From: an uncultured virus (IMG/VR IMGVR_UViG_3300029309_000009)
Lineage: Duplodnaviria > Heunggongvirae > Uroviricota > Caudoviricetes
Virus record (IMG/VR): IMGVR_UViG_3300029309_000009
Span: 1-64,000 of that record
DNA length: 64,000 bases
Reading direction: 5' to 3' (one strand)
Shown here: positions 39,364 through 47,808 of the stretch, piece after piece
Layout: every line of letters starts with the position of its first letter
Position numbering within the stretch: the first letter of the stretch is position 1
Program-made: the position numbers and the translations under genes
Notes under the pieces: generated by a model
The model's input: the letters and a program-made list of their open reading frames with translations, nothing else
Database searches by the model: none
Told to the model about the DNA's origin: nothing

Positions 39364-40075
39364 AAGAAATCGGGAACAGAGGAAATTTCGTTGAATCTAC
39401 TCCGGTTAGTTGATTTTTCTCTCTAAGAAAGATTCTTTATCGGGTGTATCTAGAATATGCCTCGATACGTCTTTCTGATTTCTAATTTGCTAATCCGAAG
39501 GAACTACTATTCCGTGTTCCGTCATTCCTTTCTATTCTAACTAGTATGGGGATAGTTGGGAAAATGAGCGAGGGGAAGGCCCGTAGATAGGTAAGCCTTA
39601 TTACTCCTTTTTCTATTTTGAAACCCTCTGTGAATTTAGTGGGTAGCGGATTTTATAGAGAAATTGTATATGATACAAAATCGTAATTTTGGCTGTTATG
39701 ACCGACAATGCTATGCAATCCAAGCGGGATTAAACTTATCCGCTACCCTTAAATGTAAGGCGAGAGAAAATCTTTATCTGCAATACCATGAACAAACCTA
39801 TCGAACAGTAGAAGATAGGTAACTGACGTATTACAGGATGCAACGATTTCGGTAGGTGCGCTGCCTACACGCCATTCAGATTTTTTTATTTGCTCAAAAC
39901 TCTCATGTGTGAAGTGGTTATACTTCGGGTGTTTCTTCTTCAAGAAAGTCCCATATATCTCTATATGGGCTATCTTTACTACTCAAGTAAGTATCATCTC
40001 GATTCCCCCTAATAATTAACCACTACTAGCGGAAATCGCCATTATAATTACTTCATATCCACTAGATGAACGTAT
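39364..40075. ncRNA. Candidate structured non-coding RNA/DNA tract
   Basis: No credible ORF; many stems (e.g. GGGTAGCGGAT/ATCCGCTACCC, CCCATATA/TATATGGG, ACCTATC/GATAGGT). Confidence 0.35.
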
Positions 40076-40321
40076 TATGTCTGTGTGCTAATATTATGAG
40101 GTCACAAAGCATACCATATGGTTGCACTTTGTTATATGACCCCGAAGGGTTCATCTTTCCACCTCCTGTAAGATATGAGAGAATAGTTTACTAGAGCCGT
40201 CTATATGTTCATACCATCCGGTTTTTACTTCTCTCCAAAATTGAACCAATATCTTACCGTCATATTCTGAGACATCAATTTTCAATCCTTGAAAATATAT
40301 GGTTGTTTCTTTACTCATTTT

Positions 40322-40534
40322 TTAAACCCCCCAATAACTCTTTGCCTTCTTTACCATATTTTTTACTTCATTTATTCCGTGAAACGCCCCTTCTTTGAAC
40401 GCTGTCTCGCATACCATAGTTAAGCATTCAAGTAGTTCTTCGTTGGTTATGTTTGGTATCATTTCAATTAAATCTCTATTATACGCTATTAATTTGTCTC
40501 TTACCTCTTTCGGCATGGTTGTTTCTTTACTCAT
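40322..40534 (-). CDS. Small early hypothetical protein
   Basis: 70 aa, GGTGA SD. Confidence 0.55.
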   Translation of the reverse strand: MSKETTMPKEVRDKLIAYNRDLIEMIPNITNEELLECLTMVCETAFKEGAFHGINEVKNMVKKAKSYWGV

Positions 40535-40831
40535 TCAATCACCTATCCTTATCCAATCGCCATTCCAAGCCTCGCCATTCAAATACCATACAAAGTCCTT
40601 TTGCTGAATGTGAACCCCTGTTAAACCGTTTAGTCTTTCCTTAGTTGTATTTGATTTATATCCACCGTCTGAAATGTATATTCCTCTTGGAGAACTGTAT
40701 GCTATTAAATTACCATGTAAATACATTTCAGCCTCTAAATCGCTTATTCTTCTTACTTCTGTGTTGCTTTTTTTGAATGTTCCGTAAATGCTTTCAAATG
40801 CTCTACACGCCTCTTGAGTTATTTTTTTCAT
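40535..40831 (-). CDS. Conserved early phage protein
   Basis: LHGNLIA...SDGG..SNTTKERLN pattern recurrent in phage early ORFs. Confidence 0.6.
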   Translation of the reverse strand: MKKITQEACRAFESIYGTFKKSNTEVRRISDLEAEMYLHGNLIAYSSPRGIYISDGGYKSNTTKERLNGLTGVHIQQKDFVWYLNGEAWNGDWIRIGD

Positions 40832-40982
40832 AACCGTATTTATATTTTAAAATAAAATAGGGTAATATCAAAGTCTATTACCATATGGTTGGCTTTGTAA
40901 TGACCTCAAAAGTAAGAGCCACCGCCCCCCAACTGTGGCGAGGGGGGAGGGGCAAAATTCAACGCTTGGGGCAAGCGAGGAT

Positions 40983-41282
40983 TCAAACTTGTTTCTTTTT
41001 CCCGTAGTGTGGCTTTATTCTGATTCCCTTATCATTGGGATGATTTAACGCATGACGCTTTCGCCTTACACTAAGAGGGATTTTTTCAATAAGCATCCTT
41101 TGAGCAGGTCTGTCATGTTTTTTTCCGGCCATAATTACCACTGTTCTAAAACTAACCGGCCTACCTAATTTAAACCCGTTTTGTGGGTCAATTAAAATAT
41201 CTCCTTCTTTTGGCTTGTATATTCTGAATCCCATATCAAGCAGGGTTTCTTCTTTTATTCTTCTTCCTCTTTGTTTTCTCAT
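40983..41282 (-). CDS. Basic early hypothetical protein
   Basis: 99 aa K/R-rich; GGAGG SD; GC-rich hairpin-like tract downstream (~40918-40953). Confidence 0.55.
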   Translation of the reverse strand: MRKQRGRRIKEETLLDMGFRIYKPKEGDILIDPQNGFKLGRPVSFRTVVIMAGKKHDRPAQRMLIEKIPLSVRRKRHALNHPNDKGIRIKPHYGKKKQV

Positions 41283-41284
41283 TT

Positions 41285-41566
41285 TTATTCCTCCTCATCA
41301 ATATTTATGTTGTGATATTCGTGCAGTTCTTGAACGAATCTACCATATAATTGATTATAGATAGTTCTCTGCATTATTTTCCATATTTCTAAACCGACAT
41401 GCTCAAAGCGTATTTTATAATTAAATTGGTCGAATTGTTTTATTATGTCTGAATGATAGATGGGTGTTATACCATCTACCCATTCATGAATATAGTCTTC
41501 ATTCTTTCCGTTTTCGTCATAGTATTCCATTACATAGTCCTGCAATTCCTCTTTAGTTAAACTCAT
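41285..41566 (-). CDS. Ocr (T7 gp0.3)-like DNA-mimic anti-restriction protein
   Basis: DYIHEWVDGITPIYHSDI and IMQRTIYNQL match recalled T7 Ocr DAIHMAADNAVPHYYADI and ILQARIYEQL; acidic DEEE tail; first gene of the leftward arm. Confidence 0.7.
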   Translation of the reverse strand: MSLTKEELQDYVMEYYDENGKNEDYIHEWVDGITPIYHSDIIKQFDQFNYKIRFEHVGLEIWKIMQRTIYNQLYGRFVQELHEYHNINIDEEE

Positions 41567-41986
41567 ACCCTTTTTTATATTCTAGAATAATATCTGAGGT
41601 TCACAAAGCCCAACCATATGGCTTTGTATCAAAAATTTATTTTTTTTAAAACTCTTTTAATAAATTGGTTTCCCTACTTTTGCCACTCTATTTCTTCAAC
41701 AATACTAAATACTATGCTATTTTAGCCTCCAAACAAGCAAAATTATAATTTAGCCGAGGAGAGAATGAGAGACTACTTTCGCCATACCGCAATACCGTAG
41801 GTGCAAAACTAATTATTTAGAAAGTAAAAATATTAAATTATTTTTAAAAAATCTTATTCTGGGAACGGAAAAATAAAAAAATAAAAAAAAGCGCAAGTGC
41901 CAAACAAATTACGGGAAAAAATTGGAGAAATTAATATTATAGATTAGGTAAAAAAAATCCGCCACAAATTTTTTGGAGAAATTAAT

Positions 41987-42346
41987 ATGACATGGAAAGA
42001 TACACTAAGAAAAGCACCTTTTGATACAGGTCAAATGAGAAGGGATTCACTAAAAAATATGAAAGAAAAAAACCAAAGGCGTTTGGAAGATTTTCCAAAT
42101 ACCTTAGAAATATATGTGGATGAGGTATTGGAAGAAGCAATAAGAACCAATCCTAAATCTGATACGGTTGAAATTAAAATAAGTGTGGGTCTAAGAAGTG
42201 CGCTAAATGATTTAGTTGAAAACGGTATTAAGATTTCCAAGTTAGAACAAATAATGGAAGATGAATATAATGTTGATGATGTAAGAATTACTCTTACAGA
42301 TAGTAAAGCACGAATAACTTTTAGAGGAATTGGGATGCGTGATTAA
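41987..42346 (+). CDS. W-tag family protein (MTWKDTLRK)
   Basis: First gene of the + arm; shared N-terminal tag. Confidence 0.6.
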   Translation: MTWKDTLRKAPFDTGQMRRDSLKNMKEKNQRRLEDFPNTLEIYVDEVLEEAIRTNPKSDTVEIKISVGLRSALNDLVENGIKISKLEQIMEDEYNVDDVRITLTDSKARITFRGIGMRD

Positions 42347-42347
42347 T

Positions 42348-42542
42348 ATGACATGGGAAGATATAATAACTAAACAAAGCAGACCTAGAGAGGCACTTAA
42401 ACAGGTATTAAGCGGAGTTGAGATAACTACTCTTGATGAATTGATAGGTAAATTAAGTGAAGATAACGCAAAAGAAGTTAGAAGAATGATAGATTGGTAT
42501 GTGAAGGAATATAGTCAAAAAAACCCAAAGAATGAAAGGTGA
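42348..42542 (+). CDS. W-tag family protein (MTWEDIITK)
   Basis: ATG at 42348 after GTGA SD; tag. Confidence 0.55.
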   Translation: MTWEDIITKQSRPREALKQVLSGVEITTLDELIGKLSEDNAKEVRRMIDWYVKEYSQKNPKNER

Positions 42543-42547
42543 TTAAT

Positions 42548-42793
42548 ATGACATGGAAAGACGAGATTAGGAAGAATGAGCGATTTCTTACCGATATGAG
42601 AACTTACAAGCAAATGGGAATAATAGACCATTTCAAATCAATTGAAAGAATTAAGACTCTTGTAAAAGAAGGTGCTGGCGAATCAGATATTATAGAGGCA
42701 TTGAGCAATTTGCAAAAGTATCTTGCCAAGCAAAATGATTCGATTATTGATAAAATTCAATATGCTTATGAAGCAGGTATGAGGAATGCTTGA
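42548..42793 (+). CDS. W-tag family protein (MTWKDEIRK)
   Basis: ATG at 42548 after GGTGA SD; tag. Confidence 0.55.
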   Translation: MTWKDEIRKNERFLTDMRTYKQMGIIDHFKSIERIKTLVKEGAGESDIIEALSNLQKYLAKQNDSIIDKIQYAYEAGMRNA

Positions 42794-42825
42794 AAAAAAA
42801 TTACGGGAAAATTTTGGTGAGAAAA

Positions 42826-43269
42826 ATGTGGAAAAGATTGCTAAAGAATCAAGTGCTAAAAGGCACAATCCAAAACTATACTTTTGAAAGGAAAATAAGG
42901 AGAATGGATAAAGGAAATAATACTATGGTTACTTATGATTATGAAGATAGAGGCAAAGATTCCGATATTGAACTTGATTGGAATACTGTAATTGTTGAAT
43001 GGAGTATGAGTGTAGAAGAATATGATGATGGTTTAGAACTGAATGCTCCTCAAGTCCGAAAGGTGATTGTTGGTATTGACTTTATTGAAGATATAGGAGA
43101 AGAAGTTGAAACTTTAGCAGAAAATCTAGAATTAGAGACTACCGAAAATATCACGGTTGAAGAATTGGATAGAGTGGTCATGGGTTCCGTTATTATGCCG
43201 GAGGCCGATATTGAGATAGGGCAGAAGGATGGCAAATTTTACATCAAGAGTGTAAATATTAGTTGGTGA
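42826..43269 (+). CDS. W-tag family protein (MWKRLLK), acidic beta-rich
   Basis: ATG at 42826 after GGTGA SD; tag. Confidence 0.55.
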   Translation: MWKRLLKNQVLKGTIQNYTFERKIRRMDKGNNTMVTYDYEDRGKDSDIELDWNTVIVEWSMSVEEYDDGLELNAPQVRKVIVGIDFIEDIGEEVETLAENLELETTENITVEELDRVVMGSVIMPEADIEIGQKDGKFYIKSVNISW

Positions 43270-43296
43270 GATTAATCATTACAAGGAAGTGAAATT

Positions 43297-43782
43297 ATGA
43301 GTTGGAAAGAAATACTAAAAAACGATATGAAAAGAGTTAGAGATAAAGACAGAAGGCGTAATCCCGAAGAAAGGGATATGGTTGATATTGAACCTAAACC
43401 TAAAGAGGAACTACCTCCACCTTCTAAGAAACCATTTAATCCATTTGGCTCCGATGCAGGTAAGAGGGCAAGGGATAGTAAGAAACGTAGAGCAGAAAGA
43501 GAAAAAAGAGAAGCATTTGATTCTATGATGGATACTAAGCCAAGTAGTAGAGAATCAGATTTATTAGAAAGAGCAAGGAAATTAAAAGAACAAAGGGCGA
43601 AGGAAGGAGAGAAATTATCTGATGAAGATGACGAATTGCTTACTAGGGAACAAAGAATAGCAAGAATAAAAGCCCTAAAAAGAGGTCATGTAAAATCTCC
43701 AAGAATGGGAGTCGAAGGTGGCACAAAGGGAAGGGGCAGTAAAAGATACGGCAAAGGCTCAGAAGGATTTAGGGGTCAATGA
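43297..43782 (+). CDS. W-tag family protein (MSWKEILK), highly charged/disordered
   Basis: Tag; K/R/E/D-rich. Confidence 0.6.
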   Translation: MSWKEILKNDMKRVRDKDRRRNPEERDMVDIEPKPKEELPPPSKKPFNPFGSDAGKRARDSKKRRAEREKREAFDSMMDTKPSSRESDLLERARKLKEQRAKEGEKLSDEDDELLTREQRIARIKALKRGHVKSPRMGVEGGTKGRGSKRYGKGSEGFRGQ

Positions 43783-43887
43783 TATGACAAGGTGCAAACT
43801 ACTAGATTCGTGGTTAGATGTTAAGTCTAAAGAATTAGACAAGGCAGAAAAGAAAGCAGGTAAAGATTTGCTTACAGGTGAGAAAAA

Positions 43888-44316
43888 ATGACTTGGCAAG
43901 ATATATTGAAATCAAGAAATTTAAGTATGTTGCTTTATGATTTTTTGAATTACATGGTTGATAAAGAAGAATTAGTAAATAGATTAGTTGGCGCACCTTT
44001 TAGAGATAAAGACCAAGTTGAAGAATGGTTTGAAGGAAACTTTGATAATTTAGATAGGGGCTTTTTAGGTAAATTACGAATGTATTTAGATTCCCCATAT
44101 GATGATTCGGATTTTAGTCCTATTGAAATCTACACTAAAATAAATCCTAATGCTTCTGATGAAGAAGCGGCTAACTTCTTCAAAGAAGTCTATAATACAG
44201 GCAAGGTGGATAAGGGTTCTGAAAAAATTATATTTGAAATACTTGATAAAATTTCTAAATCAATTACCAAAGAAAGTATAGATATTTTTACAGGAAGAAA
44301 CTATCTAGGATATTAA
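43888..44316 (+). CDS. W-tag family protein (MTWQDILK)
   Basis: Tag; starts within 40-bp junction repeat. Confidence 0.6.
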   Translation: MTWQDILKSRNLSMLLYDFLNYMVDKEELVNRLVGAPFRDKDQVEEWFEGNFDNLDRGFLGKLRMYLDSPYDDSDFSPIEIYTKINPNASDEEAANFFKEVYNTGKVDKGSEKIIFEILDKISKSITKESIDIFTGRNYLGY

Positions 44317-44332
44317 TTACAGGTGAGAAGAA

Positions 44333-44689
44333 ATGACTTGGCAAGATATATTGAAAAATACAAATTTCGATTTATATGAAATCAGAAGCAGGTTTGGTAA
44401 AGAAACCGCAGAAGAAGTGGAAAGAATGATTTATCTTAGAGATAATGAAGATATATTGTTTGAATTGATTGATGACATAGAAAGAAATAAAATTAATTTT
44501 GGTCTTAAAGCCGCCACTAAAAATGCAGTAAACAATCTTAATCCATCAAGTAAATATGATGGTGATATTTTCTTTTATAACTTAGATTTAGACAAAAGAG
44601 AAAAATATGAAAGATTCAAGAAAAACCCGTCTGTTATTATTGATGATGAACTAAACGCTATGTTGTCAGGATTTGCAGGAGACCTTTAG
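44333..44689 (+). CDS. W-tag family protein (MTWQDILK)
   Basis: Tag; starts within second copy of 40-bp junction repeat. Confidence 0.6.
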   Translation: MTWQDILKNTNFDLYEIRSRFGKETAEEVERMIYLRDNEDILFELIDDIERNKINFGLKAATKNAVNNLNPSSKYDGDIFFYNLDLDKREKYERFKKNPSVIIDDELNAMLSGFAGDL

Positions 44690-44699
44690 GTGAAAAGAA

Positions 44700-45062
44700 A
44701 TGACTTGGCAAACAGTTTTGAAGGTTTTGACTCCTAGAATGTTTTTAGAAAATATTCGTAGTGTTATCGGTGGAGAAATTAGCGGTTCAAGTAGCAGGGC
44801 AGGAGATAGGTTTTTTTTAGATTCTAATAAAGGTAAAATTACCCTCAGTAGAAAAGGCTCATCACCCTACAATATTAGGCATTCTGATTTCAACATAAAC
44901 ACACATGACTTACAAAAAGTTCTAGATAGTGTTTTATCTAAATTAATTGGAGAAACTGAAAAGGTTGCAGGTGCGGTTACTACGGGAAGTCCGGCTCATT
45001 CCCATTTATTCCGCCCTACATTCGGAGGTGGAAAACGTGCCAAAGATGAAGAAGAAGACTAA
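44700..45062 (+). CDS. W-tag family protein (MTWQTVLK)
   Basis: Tag; AGGTGA SD. Confidence 0.6.
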   Translation: MTWQTVLKVLTPRMFLENIRSVIGGEISGSSSRAGDRFFLDSNKGKITLSRKGSSPYNIRHSDFNINTHDLQKVLDSVLSKLIGETEKVAGAVTTGSPAHSHLFRPTFGGGKRAKDEEED

Positions 45063-46041
45063 GACTAAAAATGGCAACACTGCTAAACAGGAGTTGAAAT
45101 CTACTAATTTTTTCAAACAGTTTCAAGAGTGGAAAGAATTAGAAGGAGTGGGATTTCTTCTAAGACATGGAATACAATCCTCAAATACTGACAAAAGAAG
45201 AAAAACCATGCCTTCTATATCGGGTTCTCCTAGAGGACATAGAGACCATCTGCCTAGACTTTTTGAAATTATGGACTTTGATGATTTCATAGGTGAAAAG
45301 GAAAAGGACTACATTAGGGCATATTTGAAATTCATTGATGCGGCTAAAGGAACAAAGGCAGACCCCGCTATGATTCCCTATACAGATAAAATCTACAACA
45401 GAGCAGGAAAGTTTGTAGGAACTAGGAAAGTCTACGGCCATTGGAAAACTGCAAACTTTGTAAAATATAGTAAAAAATACAAGGGGAGTTCTCCTGTTCC
45501 CGCTTCTTGGTATAGTTATGACGAAAGCAAACCGGCTACACCTCCCCCTCATCAAGCAATATACTCCAAGTCTAGCCCAAAGGGATTGAAAAGTATTCTA
45601 GAGGATGCTTTAAAGGAATTAGAAGATGGTGCTAATGTTAATTTTGAAATAACTAGGGTTTCTAATCCTAAAGAATTGTATAATTTATCTGAAGTGAGGG
45701 AATTTTTAGAAAGCCAATTGACTCCATCTTTTGTTAAAGAGGGCTTGATAAATGCGAAGGCTATCGCTTCTAATTTAGCAGGACAAAAATTTGATGTGTC
45801 CGGAGAAACTGAAGAAGCATTAGTTAGAAGATTGAGTGGTTTTTCTGAGGATGAAATTGCAGGAGATGTAGATTTCTTTACTGTTAAGGTTTCTCCCGCT
45901 ACTGTTGAAAGGGCATATCTAGCCTCTAATAAAAAGAAGGTTGGTGGGTTTTTCCTGCATGGAAGGGTTCTAGACAAAAGACCTAGAAAAGATGGAGAGC
46001 CGGTTGCTAAGTCTTGGTTAGAACTTTTAAAAGATTTTTAG
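44947..46041 (+). CDS. Hypothetical protein with C-terminal W-tag-like motif (KSWLELLK)
   Basis: 364-aa ORF (true start uncertain). Confidence 0.55.
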   Translation: MEKLKRLQVRLLREVRLIPIYSALHSEVENVPKMKKKTKTKNGNTAKQELKSTNFFKQFQEWKELEGVGFLLRHGIQSSNTDKRRKTMPSISGSPRGHRDHLPRLFEIMDFDDFIGEKEKDYIRAYLKFIDAAKGTKADPAMIPYTDKIYNRAGKFVGTRKVYGHWKTANFVKYSKKYKGSSPVPASWYSYDESKPATPPPHQAIYSKSSPKGLKSILEDALKELEDGANVNFEITRVSNPKELYNLSEVREFLESQLTPSFVKEGLINAKAIASNLAGQKFDVSGETEEALVRRLSGFSEDEIAGDVDFFTVKVSPATVERAYLASNKKKVGGFFLHGRVLDKRPRKDGEPVAKSWLELLKDF

Positions 46042-46050
46042 GTGAATAAT

Positions 46051-46203
46051 ATGAGTTGGAAAGATTCTATAAAAAAAGGAGTTGGAGATAGAGAGGAGGC
46101 TGCTGGACTTCTCTCTCAAGTTATAGAAGATATTAGAGATGGAAAAGAAATACTAATACTTGCTAGACTTAAACAGATTTTAGATTACTTGGAGGGTGAG
46201 TAA
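46051..46203 (+). CDS. W-tag family protein (MSWKDSIKK), 50 aa, not in ORF track
   Basis: Manual translation; AGGTGA SD; fills gap before TerS candidate. Confidence 0.55.
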   Translation: MSWKDSIKKGVGDREEAAGLLSQVIEDIRDGKEILILARLKQILDYLEGE

Positions 46204-46863
46204 ATGACAGTAACTCGCAAGCGTTGTAAGTTTTGCCAACATGAAAGGCGAAGTGAACTTGAAGAAGAACTATCTTCGATGAAAATTTCTTGTGATGACT
46301 TGGATAAGAGAGAAGGTTGGAGAAGCGGAACTGCTGCCCAACATCAAAGAAATCACATGGGAGATTATGAAAATAGTAGCAATCCTAAGTGTAAGTTTTG
46401 CACAGACCCATTAAGAAGCCACTACGAAAAAGCATTGAGTTCGGGAGAAGTCACTACTGAAGGAATAGCAGAAACTTTACAAATTTCTAAGGAACAGGTG
46501 CAACGCCATATGAAGCACCATTTGGCTCCCCTAGTGCAAAAATCTGCGGCTAGTATTATTGCTAAAAAAGAAATTAATGAAATTGATATGTTAAGTGTAA
46601 ATGTTCAGAAGTTAGATTCAAAGGTAAATGAATTGTTTAATCAAGACGATTTGAGCCATAAAGAAATTGATGCGTTAGTAAAACTAGCAAGAGAAGTCCG
46701 TGAGAGTTTGAAATATATTATGGAGTTCAAGGGTAAGTTGGTTCACAGAAGACAGGATACAATCATAGTCCATCAAATGCAAATTGTTCAGAAGGTCTTG
46801 GCACAAAACCATCCCGAAGTTTGGCTTGATGTAAAGAAGCAAATGCAGGAGGAATTACAATGA
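46204..46863 (+). CDS. Putative terminase small subunit
   Basis: Two CKFC...HTH...H-x3-H modules followed by coiled-coil oligomerisation region; upstream of TerL. Confidence 0.55.
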   Translation: MTVTRKRCKFCQHERRSELEEELSSMKISCDDLDKREGWRSGTAAQHQRNHMGDYENSSNPKCKFCTDPLRSHYEKALSSGEVTTEGIAETLQISKEQVQRHMKHHLAPLVQKSAASIIAKKEINEIDMLSVNVQKLDSKVNELFNQDDLSHKEIDALVKLAREVRESLKYIMEFKGKLVHRRQDTIIVHQMQIVQKVLAQNHPEVWLDVKKQMQEELQ

Positions 46864-47312
46864 GTTGGGAAAACTTACTGAAAAGGTGGGCGTATGGTGC
46901 CGATAATATTGTCGAATATTTACAATCCGTTAGGCGGCAAATAGATTTAGTTTTAGATTCTGATAGGGGATTTAATCAAAAAATAAAGGAAATGAAAGAA
47001 GAAATCAAAGCCATGACTAAGGAACGATTTGATAGAATGAAAAATAATAAGAAAACAAGTGTGCAATATAGACTTGCGAAGGAATATTTTGAAGAAGGTA
47101 GTATGTTGTATGAAAGACTTGTAAATAAATTCGGCCACTATGCGGCAAGGAGGGCTAGAATCCCCAATGAGATAATTAGAGAGATGGCTCGACATGAACA
47201 TGACATGGAAATATTAAGTTTATTTGGTTTAGAAGAACCAAAAAAATATACTGTTGATATGATGGAAGATTGGTATATGTCGGGACATTATGATGAATAT
47301 GAGGACGCATAA
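46860..47312 (+). CDS. W-tag family protein (MSWENLLK)
   Basis: Tag; GGAGG SD. Confidence 0.6.
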   Translation: MSWENLLKRWAYGADNIVEYLQSVRRQIDLVLDSDRGFNQKIKEMKEEIKAMTKERFDRMKNNKKTSVQYRLAKEYFEEGSMLYERLVNKFGHYAARRARIPNEIIREMARHEHDMEILSLFGLEEPKKYTVDMMEDWYMSGHYDEYEDA

Positions 47313-47324
47313 GGAGGAATTACA

Positions 47325-47504
47325 ATGAATTGGGAAGGAATAATTAAATCAACAATGCCTAAAAGATTTAATGAAATTACAGATGCACGTGGCATGTTAA
47401 AACTGATGGTAGAAGAAAACCCAAGATATAAGGGGGATTACCTGCTTGAAAAAATCCTAAAATATTTAGAAGATTATTTAGATAGAACGGAGAAATTGCA
47501 ATGA
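47325..47504 (+). CDS. W-tag family protein (MNWEGIIK), 59 aa, not in ORF track
   Basis: Manual translation; GGAGG SD; ATGA overlap with next gene. Confidence 0.55.
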   Translation: MNWEGIIKSTMPKRFNEITDARGMLKLMVEENPRYKGDYLLEKILKYLEDYLDRTEKLQ

Positions 47505-47803
47505 GTTGGTCTAATTTGTTAAAAAGAATCCGTAGAGAGCAAAGAAAACGCTTTCAAGTCACCGATTATGACTCAGAATTAAACAAGAAAATAGGAGAAA
47601 TGAGTAAAAAAATGAAAGAAATAGAGTCTGAACTATTTTCTCTAAGCGAAAAAAAGAAAAACGCCACAACTTTTCAAGAAAGTCAAGAAATTTCTAAAAA
47701 AATAGAAGAAACTGCCAAAAAATTGAAAGAAATTAGGAAAAAAATGGGTAAAATAGAGGCGACTAGAATAATTAGGCGTAGAGGAAGTAGAGATTTTAGG
47801 TGA
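47501..47803 (+). CDS. W-tag family coiled-coil protein (MSWSNLLK)
   Basis: Tag; basic coiled coil. Confidence 0.6.
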   Translation: MSWSNLLKRIRREQRKRFQVTDYDSELNKKIGEMSKKMKEIESELFSLSEKKKNATTFQESQEISKKIEETAKKLKEIRKKMGKIEATRIIRRRGSRDFR

Positions 47804-47808
47804 TTTGA

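Larger units (their letters stand above)
38623..41627. promoter_or_regulatory. Five dispersed palindromic CAAAG...CATATGG...CTTTGT elements
   Basis: Copies at 38623-38655, 39313-39345, 40104-40132, 40869-40898, 41603-41627, all intergenic and upstream of minus-strand units. Confidence 0.7.

Noticed and set aside
39749..39943. 64-aa minus-strand ORF within the structured tract
   Set aside because: TTG start without a clear SD and no recognisable protein features.
38623..41627. Palindromic repeats as a mini-CRISPR array
   Set aside because: Copies are degenerate and separated by ~700-800 bp containing whole genes, not spacer-sized intervals.
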